Below are positions 24,691 to 35,562 of a DNA stretch of 64,000 nt, one piece after another (position 1 is the stretch's first letter; every line of letters starts with the position of its first letter). The DNA is from Octopus sinensis (taxonomy: Eukaryota). The stretch lies in contig NC_043017.1 in NCBI RefSeq assembly GCF_006345805.1, positions 14,508,001 through 14,572,000 on the forward strand, given 5' to 3'. The notes under the pieces were generated by a model that was not told the origin of the DNA, ran no database searches, and saw only the letters and a program-made list of their open reading frames with translations. The translations under genes were made by a program, and so were the position numbers.

Positions 24691-25399
24691 ACTCACATCA
24701 TCTTATCAATTTATGGTTAAAGATGTTTAGTTCGCTCTGGTCGATGAAGTTACTGAAAAATGCTAACAACTTATTTCAATGTTTGATGACTGAAGTTGTT
24801 TCAAAACTCAGTAAATATTTTTGAATATATAAATATTTAACATAGATTTCAGAGTTGTTTCTAAATGAAGCAGGATTAGAGAATCTTTTCTTCTTATCTC
24901 GAATGAAATAATTATTTTAACATAAAAATCACATTCCTCAGTGTTGAATTTTGAAAACACTGTCATCATATGCTGCCCCTCCCGTCATCATCGTCATTGT
25001 CATCATCATCTTCTTTTTATATTTCCTATTCCATACTGTCCTTGGTTGCCTGACTTTTCTTTGAGGCCCTGGTTTAAGGCCCAAAACCCTTCATGCTGTC
25101 CACCATTTTGGTTATCATTTAGTTATCACAATATGTTGCAACACATTGTATCTAGTCCAGAACTAGGATACACATTACCTTCATCATAGCATCATGTATA
25201 GACATGATAGCATCCTCTATATACACTCATCACAACATCATGTATATACACTCATGACCATCACATACATAGTCACAGCATCAGGTGTATACACCCATAA
25301 CACCTTATATATGATACATATATATAAACTTTTATTGAGTCATACCATAAATAATGTGATTTTTTCAATTGCATGAACTAAAAGTTGGAGGGGAACAGG

Positions 25400-25945
25400 A
25401 TAATCTACCTGTATCAACTTGCTATAAAAGATGTTAGTAATTTTACCTTGTTCTTAATCTTAGTGCAAGTTTTGAAGAGTGCAGTACGATTCTAATAGTT
25501 ATTTTTTCAAAGCTATAATGGAAGTGACAAAGGAGCATATTTGGCATATTTTGCTTTATGAGTTCAATAAAGGCAACAGAAAGTGTGAGGAATATTAATT
25601 CAGTCTATGGGAATCAGACAATAAGCATAAATTAGTGTCAATAGTGATTCCAGAAATTCTGAGCCAGAATGGTGTTCTTCCATCAGGATAAGACTTGGCC
25701 ACATACAGCAAGGATGACATTCCAAAGGGTGGAGCAGTTGGAATGGGAAACAATGCTTCATCCCCCATATTCGCCAGACATTGCCCCATCTCATTATCAT
25801 TTATTCTGCAGTCTTCAAAATCACTTGGAGAGAAAAAATACGAATCCTGTAGACATGGTCAGTGCGATACCGGAGGAGTATTTTTCATCACAGACAAGTG
25901 AATTTTGGAAGAGGGGTCTTGCAAGTTTAGCAGATAGATTGAAGA
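25400..25945 (+). pseudogene. mariner transposase relic (second family), internally deleted and 3'-truncated
   Basis: MEVTKEHIWHILLYEFNKG...NINSVYG fused to VFFHQDKTWPHTAR...WETMLHPPYSPDIAPSHYHLFCSLQNHL. Confidence 0.85.
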
Positions 25946-26065
25946 GCGTGACCTTCAAACATTGGATCTCTCCAAGGCAATGACAAGTGAGCGAGACCAT
26001 TTGAGATATGCTGTGCGTGAAAAGACCAGGCAAACCTAGTAAAACCGTAATGGTGGCCTATGCCA
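25942..26065 (+). mobile_element. RTE ORF-end fragment without tail
   Basis: gaccttcaaacattggatctctccaaggcaatgacaagtgagcgagacc matches 37526-37580. Confidence 0.6.
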
Positions 26066-26091
26066 CTGCTGCATATGTATGTATATGCATA

Positions 26092-26123
<32 letters not shown>

Positions 26124-26279
26124 CATATAGAAAAACATAGAGTTTTGAGTGGTGAATGTATATTTATTTAAGCCTGTGTCTTCCATAGGTTTTGTCTGTT
26201 CCACATGCACTAATTTTCAGTGTGCAATAAATCATATGTACATGTTTGCATGGCTATTTATGCTCAGCATTATGCAATC

Positions 26280-26718
26280 ATCATCATTGTTTAACGTCCT
26301 CCTTCCATGCTGGTATGGGTGGGACGGAATGACAGGAACCGGCCAGGCAGAAGCTTGCATCAGACTTCTGTGACTGTTATGGCAGGATTTTTACAACTGG
26401 ATGCCCTTCCTAACACCAACCACCCAGCAGGGTGGACTTAGTGCTTTTTACATGGCACAAACACAGGCGAGGTCAGTTTTGGCAAGCTTATTACAGCTGG
26501 ATGCCATTCCAAACACCAAACACTTTTCAATGTGGAAATGGATGCTTTTTTAAGTGGCACCTGTACTGACAGGGCCACCAAGTAACTTGCAAAACTAAAA
26601 TCTTTTGAGAGGGGAGTGGGGCACTGGAGGAGGTGATCTTGTGTTAGATGATGAAAGGGTATAGTGAGACAGAAACAGGTGTCTGGCTGCAGAGGAGGTA
26701 CAAGGTTACCTAGCCAGG
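26280..26718 (-). mobile_element. RTE subfamily B 3' UTR
   Basis: Aligns with 8420-8900, including the duplicated ttacagctggatgcc..ttcc.aacaccaa segment. Confidence 0.85.
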
Positions 26719-26719
26719 T

Positions 26720-26784
26720 ATATATATATATATATATATGTATTTATATATATATGTATATATATATATCTATATATATATATT

Positions 26785-26827
<43 letters not shown>

Positions 26828-26930
26828 TATATATATTTTTACGTGACTGACCAGACCATCAGATGTTGTTACACATCGCTGGTCACAATGCGTTCGCATT
26901 GTTTTAGCCTTCGAATGATGCCATCATATA

Positions 26931-26976
<46 letters not shown>

Positions 26977-26981
26977 GCATG

Positions 26982-27011
<30 letters not shown>
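26720..27011. repeat. (TA)n array containing an 84-bp hairpin-rich insert (26842-26925)
   Basis: Directly visible. Confidence 0.85.
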
Positions 27012-27012
<1 letters not shown>

Positions 27013-27579
27013 CAATATCTATAAATCTGAAATGCGAAAAGTTTGTTTGTCAGGTTTTGGTATTGGAACGGGTTAAAGGGCACTAGATCCCGTCGGATTG
27101 ACTCCAAAATTTACAGGGACATGTAAAATGAGGTGAGGATGTCAGTGGGCTAGGTTAGAAATCCCTATCTTAAAAGGTGTGGTTACTAGGGCAAAAAGCG
27201 CACACTTTGACAAGCCTCCTCTCATTCTCTTATCTGCATGTCTTCCTCCGACTCTCTCTGTTTCATCCCTTCCTTTCACTTTCTCTCTATACGAACATTT
27301 TACAGATATTACTATCTTTCCCCGCCGCCTTCGCCAGTGCTGTCACTCTTTCCCTCACCGCCTCCCTCTCCCCTCCCTCCCACTCTCTACGTCTGTCTGC
27401 ATTCATAGAGAGTTTTATTATCGCCACCACCACACAATCATGAGAACAAATATGAATCAGATATTTATTGGGTTAATTTTTATATATGTGTGTGTGTGTT
27501 CTAAATATAAATATGTATATATAATGTATATATACAAAGTGTATATATCTGTATTTATATATATGTGTATATATATGTA

Positions 27580-27621
<42 letters not shown>

Positions 27622-28763
27622 GTATACATTTGTATATATAATGCGTACACACACACACACAAACACACACATACATATATATATAATGCATATATATGTA
27701 CATATATATATTTAATGGGAATATATATATATATATTATGTGTGCATTATGTGGTCGGTTGAGCTGAAAATATGCACACCTATGTTAAAAATGCTGGCAA
27801 GTTTGCATGGCAACTATTTTTTTCCTCAAATGAAAGGCATGACCTCTAGGACAAAATTCCTCATCTTATAAAATGTGACCTGAGTAGACCCGAATGAAAT
27901 CGGGTTATATTAACCAAAATGTGAAAAGGGGTCTAAATGGAGCTGGAAGGGGATTAAAATTTACAGGAGCGGGTGTTTAGGAATTTTCTTTTACATCAAG
28001 TTCAAAATTTTATGCCAGCTGTTAAACTGCCACTACGTTGCTGTCCATCGTTAAAAAATGCCAGCCATGGTGACTCTACTATCCTCAGATTCTATTCCTT
28101 CAAACTTTGATTTCCTATATTTTTTTATTTTTATTCAGCTCGCAAGTTTGCCTGTCCCTTTTAAATGTTAGTGTTTTATTGTCTGCCTTGAAGCAGACCT
28201 TTCCGTTGTCACTGCCTGATATTTACGATTGATCTTTCAAAATATTTTCTTTCTCAACTTACTCAAGATCTTTTAGAAATATTAAATTTCTAAATGTCTA
28301 AAAGAGACATGAGCGGTGATGGAGCGATAGAGTGGTTGTATACTGTCAACATAATGTGACAGTCCTGTAAGGGAATTACACCACCGCTGTTTAACCCTAG
28401 GAAGCATTGACGCTTTGCAAATATAAGGACACAGGATATGTGTCAAAGCCAACAGGAAACGTCGGTGCTTCCTAGGGCTAAACAGCGGTGGTGTGATTCC
28501 CTTACGGGTCTGTCACGTTATGTTGACAGTATACAACCACTCAAGATCTTTTGATGTTTATAAATGGGAGATAGATAGATAGAAAAAGATAGAGAGAAAG
28601 CAAGGGAGAGTCCGAGAGAAAGGAAGAGTAAGAGAGTGGGAAAGTGAGAGAGAAAGGAGAGAGAAACTAAGAGGGAGAATGTGGTGATAAAAAACAGAAA
28701 GGAGGCAATAGAAAGTAACAACCACACTCTTACCCGCGTGTAGAATGGGTCACCTTAAGCTAG
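27012..28763 (+). mobile_element. non-autonomous Helitron
   Basis: 5' end A|TC(aatatc)TATAAATCTGAAATG; 3' hairpin acccgcgtgtagaatgggt, then cacctta agCTAG|T; inserted in (TA)n with no TSD. Confidence 0.7.
28330..28542. mobile_element. MITE-like fold-back element nested in the Helitron
   Basis: ~83-bp arms: gagtggttgtatactgtcaacataa...ctaggaagcattgacg and cgtcggtgcttcctagg...ttatgttgacagtatacaaccactc. Confidence 0.8.
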
Positions 28764-28832
28764 TATATATATATATATATATATATACATACATATATTT
28801 ATATGTATTTATATATATATGTATTTATATAT

Positions 28833-30358
28833 AGTCCTCAGCCCCCTCCTATTTATCATAGTCCTCCAGGCAATAATGGAGGAATTCAAGACAGGATGCC
28901 CCTGGGAGCTCCTCTATGCTGACGACATTGCTCTAATTGCTGAATCACTATCGGAACTCGAGGAGAAGTTTCAGGTGTGGAAGCAAGGATTAGAATCGAA
29001 GGGCCTTAGAGTCAATCTAGCTAAAACCAAAGTCCTAATAAGTAGGAAGGTAGACAAATTTCAAACGCCATCAGGTAGATGGCCCTGCTCGATCTGTAGA
29101 AAAGGTGTAGGTAGGAACTCTATAAGATGCACCAAGTGTAAGCTATGGACACATAAGAGGTGCAGCAATGTCAAAGGAAGGCTAACTAGGAAAATAGTTT
29201 TTGTATGTGGCAGATGCTCTGGTGCAATAAACACTGAAAGTGCACAGAGACCATCTTCCGTCACATTCCAGGGAGAAAAACTTGAAATAGTTGATAGCTT
29301 CCGTTACCTAGGTGACCAAGTCAGTAGCAGGGGTGGGTGTGCTGAAAGTGTAACTGCTTGAGTAAGAATAGCCTGGGCAAAGTTCAGAGAGCTCCTACCT
29401 CTGCTGGTGACAAAAGGCCTCTTGCTCAGAGTAAAAGGCAGACTGTATGACGCATGCGTGCGAACAGCCATGCTACATGGCAGTGAAACATGGGCCGTGA
29501 CTGCTGAGGATATGCGTAAGCTTGCAAGAAATGAAGCCAGTATGCTCCGTTGGATTTGTAATGTCAGTGTTCATACCAGACAGAGTGTAAGTGCCTTGAG
29601 AGAAAAGTTGGACCTAAGAAGCATCAGATGTGGTGTGCAAGAGAGGCGTCTACGCTGGTATGGACACGTAGTAAGAATGGATGAAGATAGTTGTGTGAAA
29701 AGTGCCACGCCCTGGCGGTTGAGGGAACCTGTGGAAGAGGCAGACCCAGGAAAACCTGGGACGAGGTGGTGAAGAACGACCTTCGCTCTTTAGGTCTCAC
29801 CGAGGCAATGACCAGAGACCGAGACCTTTGGAAGTATGCTGTGTGTGAGAGGACCCGGCTGGACAAGTGAGGCCATAACCCATGGCCCCTACCTGGGACG
29901 TAGTCAGCCCACCTATGCATACCTTCCTTCTTGGGACACATAACTCTAGTTGTGAAGACCTGTTGAGGCAAGTGAAAATGGACAAAATGGACAAAATCAA
30001 AAGCAAACTCGATGAACATTAATGGAATTTGTAGATTTGTGGTACCAGTGCCGGTGGCACATACGAAAACCATCCGAACGTGGCCGTAGCCAGTACCGCA
30101 TTGACTGGCCTCCGTGCCGGTGGCACGTAAAAAAGACCATCCGAGTGTGGCCATTCGCCAGCCTCGTCTGGCACCTGTGTCGGTGGCACATAAAATCACC
30201 CACTACACTCTCGGAGTGGTTGGCGTTAGGAAGGGCATCCAGCTGTAGAAACACTGCCAGATCTGACTGGCCTGGTGCAGCCTTCGGGCTTCCCAGACAC
30301 CAGTTGAACCGTCCAACCCATGCTAGCATGGAAGTGGACGTTAAACGATGATGATGAT
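28833..30358 (+). pseudogene. RTE subfamily A LINE, 5'-truncated (copy 1 of tandem pair)
   Basis: VLSPLLFIIVLQAI...WELLYADDIAL...VNLAKTKVL-PHD-KLEIVDSFRYLG; stop at 29359-29361; RLRWYGHV; 3' UTR; (GAT)n tail. Confidence 0.95.
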
Positions 30359-30433
30359 ATATATGTATTATATATATATATATATATACATACATATATT
30401 TATATGTATTTATATATATATGTATTTATATAT

Positions 30434-31960
30434 AGTCCTCAGCCCCCTCCTATTTATCATAGTCCTCCAGGCAATAATGGAGGAATTCAAGACAGGATGC
30501 CCCTGGGAGCTCCTCTATGCTGACGACATTGCTCTAATTGCTGAATCACTATCGGAACTCGAGGAGAAGTTTCAGGTGTGGAAGCAAGGATTAGAATCGA
30601 AGGGCCTTAGAGTCAATCTAGCTAAAACCAAAGTCCTAATAAGTAGGAAGGTAGACAAATTTCAAACGCCATCAGGTAGATGGCCCTGCTCGATCTGTAG
30701 AAAAGGTGTAGGTAGGAACTCTATAAGATGCACCAAGTGTAAGCTATGGACACATAAGAGGTGCAGCAATGTCAAAGGAAGGCTAACTAGGAAAATAGTT
30801 TTTGTATGTGGCAGATGCTCTGGTGCAATAAACACTGAAAGTGCACAGAGACCATCTTCCGTCACATTCCAGGGAGAAAAACTTGAAATAGTTGATAGCT
30901 TCCGTTACCTAGGTGACCAAGTCAGTAGCAGGGGTGGGTGTGCTGAAAGTGTAACTGCTTGAGTAAGAATAGCCTGGGCAAAGTTCAGAGAGCTCCTACC
31001 TCTGCTGGTGACAAAAGGCCTCTTGCTCAGAGTAAAAGGCAGACTGTATGACGCATGCGTGCGAACAGCCATGCTACATGGCAGTGAAACATGGGCCGTG
31101 ACTGCTGAGGATATGCGTAAGCTTGCAAGAAATGAAGCCAGTATGCTCCGTTGGATTTGTAATGTCAGTGTTCATACCAGACAGAGTGTAAGTGCCTTGA
31201 GAGAAAAGTTGGACCTAAGAAGCATCAGATGTGGTGTGCAAGAGAGGCGTCTACGCTGGTATGGACACGTAGTAAGAATGGATGAAGATAGTTGTGTGAA
31301 AAGTGCCACGCCCTGGCGGTTGAGGGAACCTGTGGAAGAGGCAGACCCAGGAAAACCTGGGACGAGGTGGTGAAGAACGACCTTCGCTCTTTAGGTCTCA
31401 CCGAGGCAATGACCAGAGACCGAGACCTTTGGAAGTATGCTGTGTGTGAGAGGACCCGGCTGGACAAGTGAGGCCATAACCCATGGCCCCTACCTGGGAC
31501 GTAGTCAGCCCACCTATGCATACCTTCCTTCTTGGGACACATAACTCTAGTTGTGAAGACCTGTTGAGGCAAGTGAAAATGGACAAAATGGACAAAATCA
31601 AAAGCAAACTCGATGAACATTAATGGAATTTGTAGATTTGTGGTACCAGTGCCGGTGGCACATACGAAAACCATCCGAACGTGGCCGTAGCCAGTACCGC
31701 ATTGACTGGCCTCCGTGCCGGTGGCACGTAAAAAAGACCATCCGAGTGTGGCCATTCGCCAGCCTCGTCTGGCACCTGTGTCGGTGGCACATAAAATCAC
31801 CCACTACACTCTCGGAGTGGTTGGCGTTAGGAAGGGCATCCAGCTGTAGAAACACTGCCAGATCTGACTGGCCTGGTGCAGCCTTCGGGCTTCCCAGACA
31901 CCAGTTGAACCGTCCAACCCATGCTAGCATGGAAAGTGGACGTTAAACGATGATGATGAT
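30434..31960 (+). pseudogene. RTE subfamily A LINE, 5'-truncated (copy 2, offset 1601 bp)
   Basis: Same truncation point, stop and frameshift as copy 1; all ORF-track entries recur at +1601. Confidence 0.95.
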
Positions 31961-31986
31961 ATATATGTATTTATATATATTATATA

Positions 31987-32050
<64 letters not shown>

Positions 32051-32059
32051 AAGAGAGAG

Positions 32060-32575
32060 AGAGAGAGAGAGTTAAGGAATGAGGACAGAAACAGGTGTGC
32101 TGCCACAAAGGAGATACATGTTTACCCAACCTGAGGGAAGCGTAGGAGAAGGAGAGTGAGAGTGGGAGATAGCAGGATAGAGATGGTGGCAAAGTGTTGG
32201 GTATTGGAATATAAATGGGATGGTTGAGTAAAGGCAGAGAGAGATATAGATGTTGGCGAGATGCAGGTCATAGCCTCAAGGTTCAAAGGTCATAATATCA
32301 GTGTCAGGATATTGTGAAGGAAGTGTGATTAGAATGTGGGGAGGGTGAGTGGTGAAAACCTGGGTTTATAGAGTGGGGTGGGTGGATCCAGATATCAATG
32401 ATACAGAGGAAGAGGACCATGAGGACACGGTTGGGGAGTGAGGGGTAGGCATAGCGCATGAAGGAAGAAAGGTGAGGAAGAGAAGCAATGTAGAAACATA
32501 GTTTGGTTTGTTGCGGTAGGGTGAGGTACACAACACTTCTAGAACTCAGTTTGGCTGACGTGGGTGGGTCTTCTC
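32060..32575 (-). mobile_element. RTE subfamily B 3' UTR/ORF-end fragment
   Basis: Aligns with 8850-9330 (aaacaggtgtgctgccacaaaggagatacatg...tagtttggtttgttg...ttctagaactcagttt). Confidence 0.75.
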
Positions 32576-33285
32576 AATAGAACTGTAAATTCACAAATTA
32601 ATGCAAATACAGAAAGCTAGCTCATCAGATCACTGGAACATCAAGTTTACTTCCACAGTTCAACTCTAAGTACAAAATTCATTCTTTATAATGTAAGGAA
32701 GTTCAAAGTTGAGTCAAATTGCATTGATTTGGTCACTAAAAGATGAACACCCTAGTCAAGAGATATTGTGTTGCTATTACTATCGAAAAGATTTACCTCA
32801 CATGCAAACAGCCTCATATCAAATCAAGTTAAAATGCTAGAGAGTAATTGAGGAGTTAACCATCTTTAATTTAAACAAGATAACAAGAAGAAAAAGTAAA
32901 TAAGAGATAATGATAATAAATAAAATATAATAACATAAAATATATAAAAATACAAGCAAATAATTTTGTCCAGTTAGCTTATATTTTTTATGTATTTTAT
33001 TTTATCTGTTATCTTATCTTTACTTAGTTCTTGTATTTTTTCTTCTTGTCTCCTCACAGAATAATTTTGTTGCTTGGATTTTCTGGATTTTCAGTTATAT
33101 GGATACTTGACATTACACTACTTCGTAATAGATTACTATGTGGGCTGATAGCCAAGTCCATAAGAGGAGCTTACTGTGACAGTCACATGAGTCTCTGAAT
33201 CTATATCATTTAAATTTATACACATATATGTGTGTGTGTATGTTTGTACATATGCATATATATGTAAATATGCATTCATTAATGT

Positions 33286-33328
<43 letters not shown>

Positions 33329-33889
33329 GAATTTTTACAGTTTCCATTCAGTAAATTCCACAGAAGAAGACAGTTGCCCAAAGGATGCATCATGGAATTG
33401 AACCAGTGACCATGAAGTTGCAGATTGAAGTAAATTTCTGAACCACATGACTCCTCTGCTTGTACCTATGAACAATTTAATCCCTTGTCTTCAGCAATTC
33501 TAATCCCATTGCCGCATTTGTAGAGATTGTCTTTGTATGACAACTTCCACTTTCAACCAATCTGAATTGATTTTCTTGTCATTTGTTTTGAAAATAAAGA
33601 AATGGAGAATTTCACATCAAACAAAATAGAAAATAGAAATAAAAAAAAATGAAGAAAAATGAATTGGAGTAAAAATTGACACTAAATTAATTAAAGAAAA
33701 ACAAACAAGGAAAACCATTTCTTTAGCAGCAATTATTGATTCTTAGTTTTAAATTTATGATTTGTTCTTTGTTGAGATTTCATTCTTATTCAACAATTGG
33801 CAGTCAGTAATTACAGAGTCAAAAATAAATATTTGCTTGAGCCAATACTGTATCACTTGTTACTGCCTTTTCGTCTCGATCTAACCTAG

Positions 33890-34390
33890 TCTATATGTAC
33901 TTCTGTTGAGATATAACAGTGTTTCTGTCTAGATATCACTGTGTCTAGGTATAAGTGCATCTAAGATATAACTGTTTGTGTTCTGATGTAATTGTGTCTA
34001 CATATACGTGTACTATGAGTACAGACTGAATAATTTGGTGAAGAAGTTTACTTCAATTTGCTACCTCATAACTGTTTGTGCTGGCATACAAGTGTGTCAA
34101 AATATAACAGTGTTTATGTCTAGACACATCTCTAGATATAACTGTGTTTATTTCTGTAAATAGCTGTGTCTCAAGATATGACTGTGATTGTGACTAGATA
34201 TAGCTATGTAGATGCCAGCGTAGAACAGTGTTTTTATAAATAAGCTATGTATATGTCTAGATATAACTGTGTATATGTCCATAAATAGCTGTGTTTGGTT
34301 CAAGATACACCTGTCTAGGTATGATTCTACATATAAATTTGTCTTTGTTTATATTTAACTTTCTTTGCATCAGATATAATTGTGTATGGA
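33890..34390. repeat. degenerate minisatellite based on tctagatataactgtgt
   Basis: About ten imperfect recurrences of (ct)agatata(a/g)c(t/a)gtg. Confidence 0.7.
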
Positions 34391-35485
34391 GTGATGTGCA
34401 ATGATATTTTTCTAGTTTTATAATGTTGTTCTGGAAATTTCATGAATTAACAATTGTTTAAAAATGATAAGCTTATTTTATACAGGGGAACTACAACTGC
34501 TCCAATAATGGTAACATATGTCAATACATATCAAAACTATTTGTATGTATACCATATCTTATACACCAAAATAATCTGTATGTATATTAAATTACATCTT
34601 AAATAAAAAAATATCTCTGAGTAGATCCAACCGCCACCACCATATCTGTCACAGGTAATGTTTGTGTGTTTATATAAGTAAAAAAAAAAAAACAACTCTT
34701 CAATGGTTCACAAATAAATTTGATTGTGTTTTAGAAAAAGGTCCAAGGTTTACAGGAAGCATGTCAATGGTCCACTTGTGGGTTGTGATCCATCTATTGC
34801 TGACCCTTGTTCTAGCTGATCCTTTTAAGGGCAGTTATGACAAATTAATGGCATGGACAAGGGTCAATAAGAATCCAGAAGGAATTCATAAATGGAGACA
34901 TAAGGATTTCAGTTTTCATTCTTCAGATATTAAATGTTGTGGTGCAGCATCCCTGATACTCTGCCAGATGCATTGTGCAAATTTATAATTCTATATTGTC
35001 TCATGTATGTGTATACACGCACACACACACACACATACACCCACACTCATGCACTTAGAGTTCTTAGTTCTCTGATGATAAACACAGATGTTCAATCATA
35101 TCAATCGATTTTTTAGAGAGTTTATGGGATTCACTGACCAGTCTTTATATTTATTTATATCTGGTGGGATTTGGCAGAGGAGGAGGAGAAAAATTTGGTG
35201 TTGGGCATTGTTAATTCCTTACAAAGGAAAGAAGGTGAGGATGAGAGAGAGAGAGAGGCAGAGAGAGAGGGAAAGAGAAATTCAGGAAGGGAGTAATGAG
35301 ATTTTCTAAAGAACTGTGTGGATCAAAAATCTAATTATCAATAAAGAAGCTATTTTGTAAAAGCGACATAATTCTTTATATATTGCCAAAAGGACTGGAC
35401 ATATACGGCTACTACTACTACTACTATTACTACTACTACTACTATGGAAATCGAATTTAGATATCATAAAAATCTTCAATCTGTG

Positions 35486-35557
<72 letters not shown>

Positions 35558-35562
<5 letters not shown>

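Noticed and set aside
26280-32575. RTE-B pieces at 26280-26718 and 32060-32575 as one element split by 5 kb of insertions
   Set aside because: The pieces overlap by ~45 bp of diverged element sequence, more consistent with two copies.
33890-34390. CRISPR-like repeat array
   Set aside because: Eukaryotic context, irregular units, no unique spacers and no cas genes.
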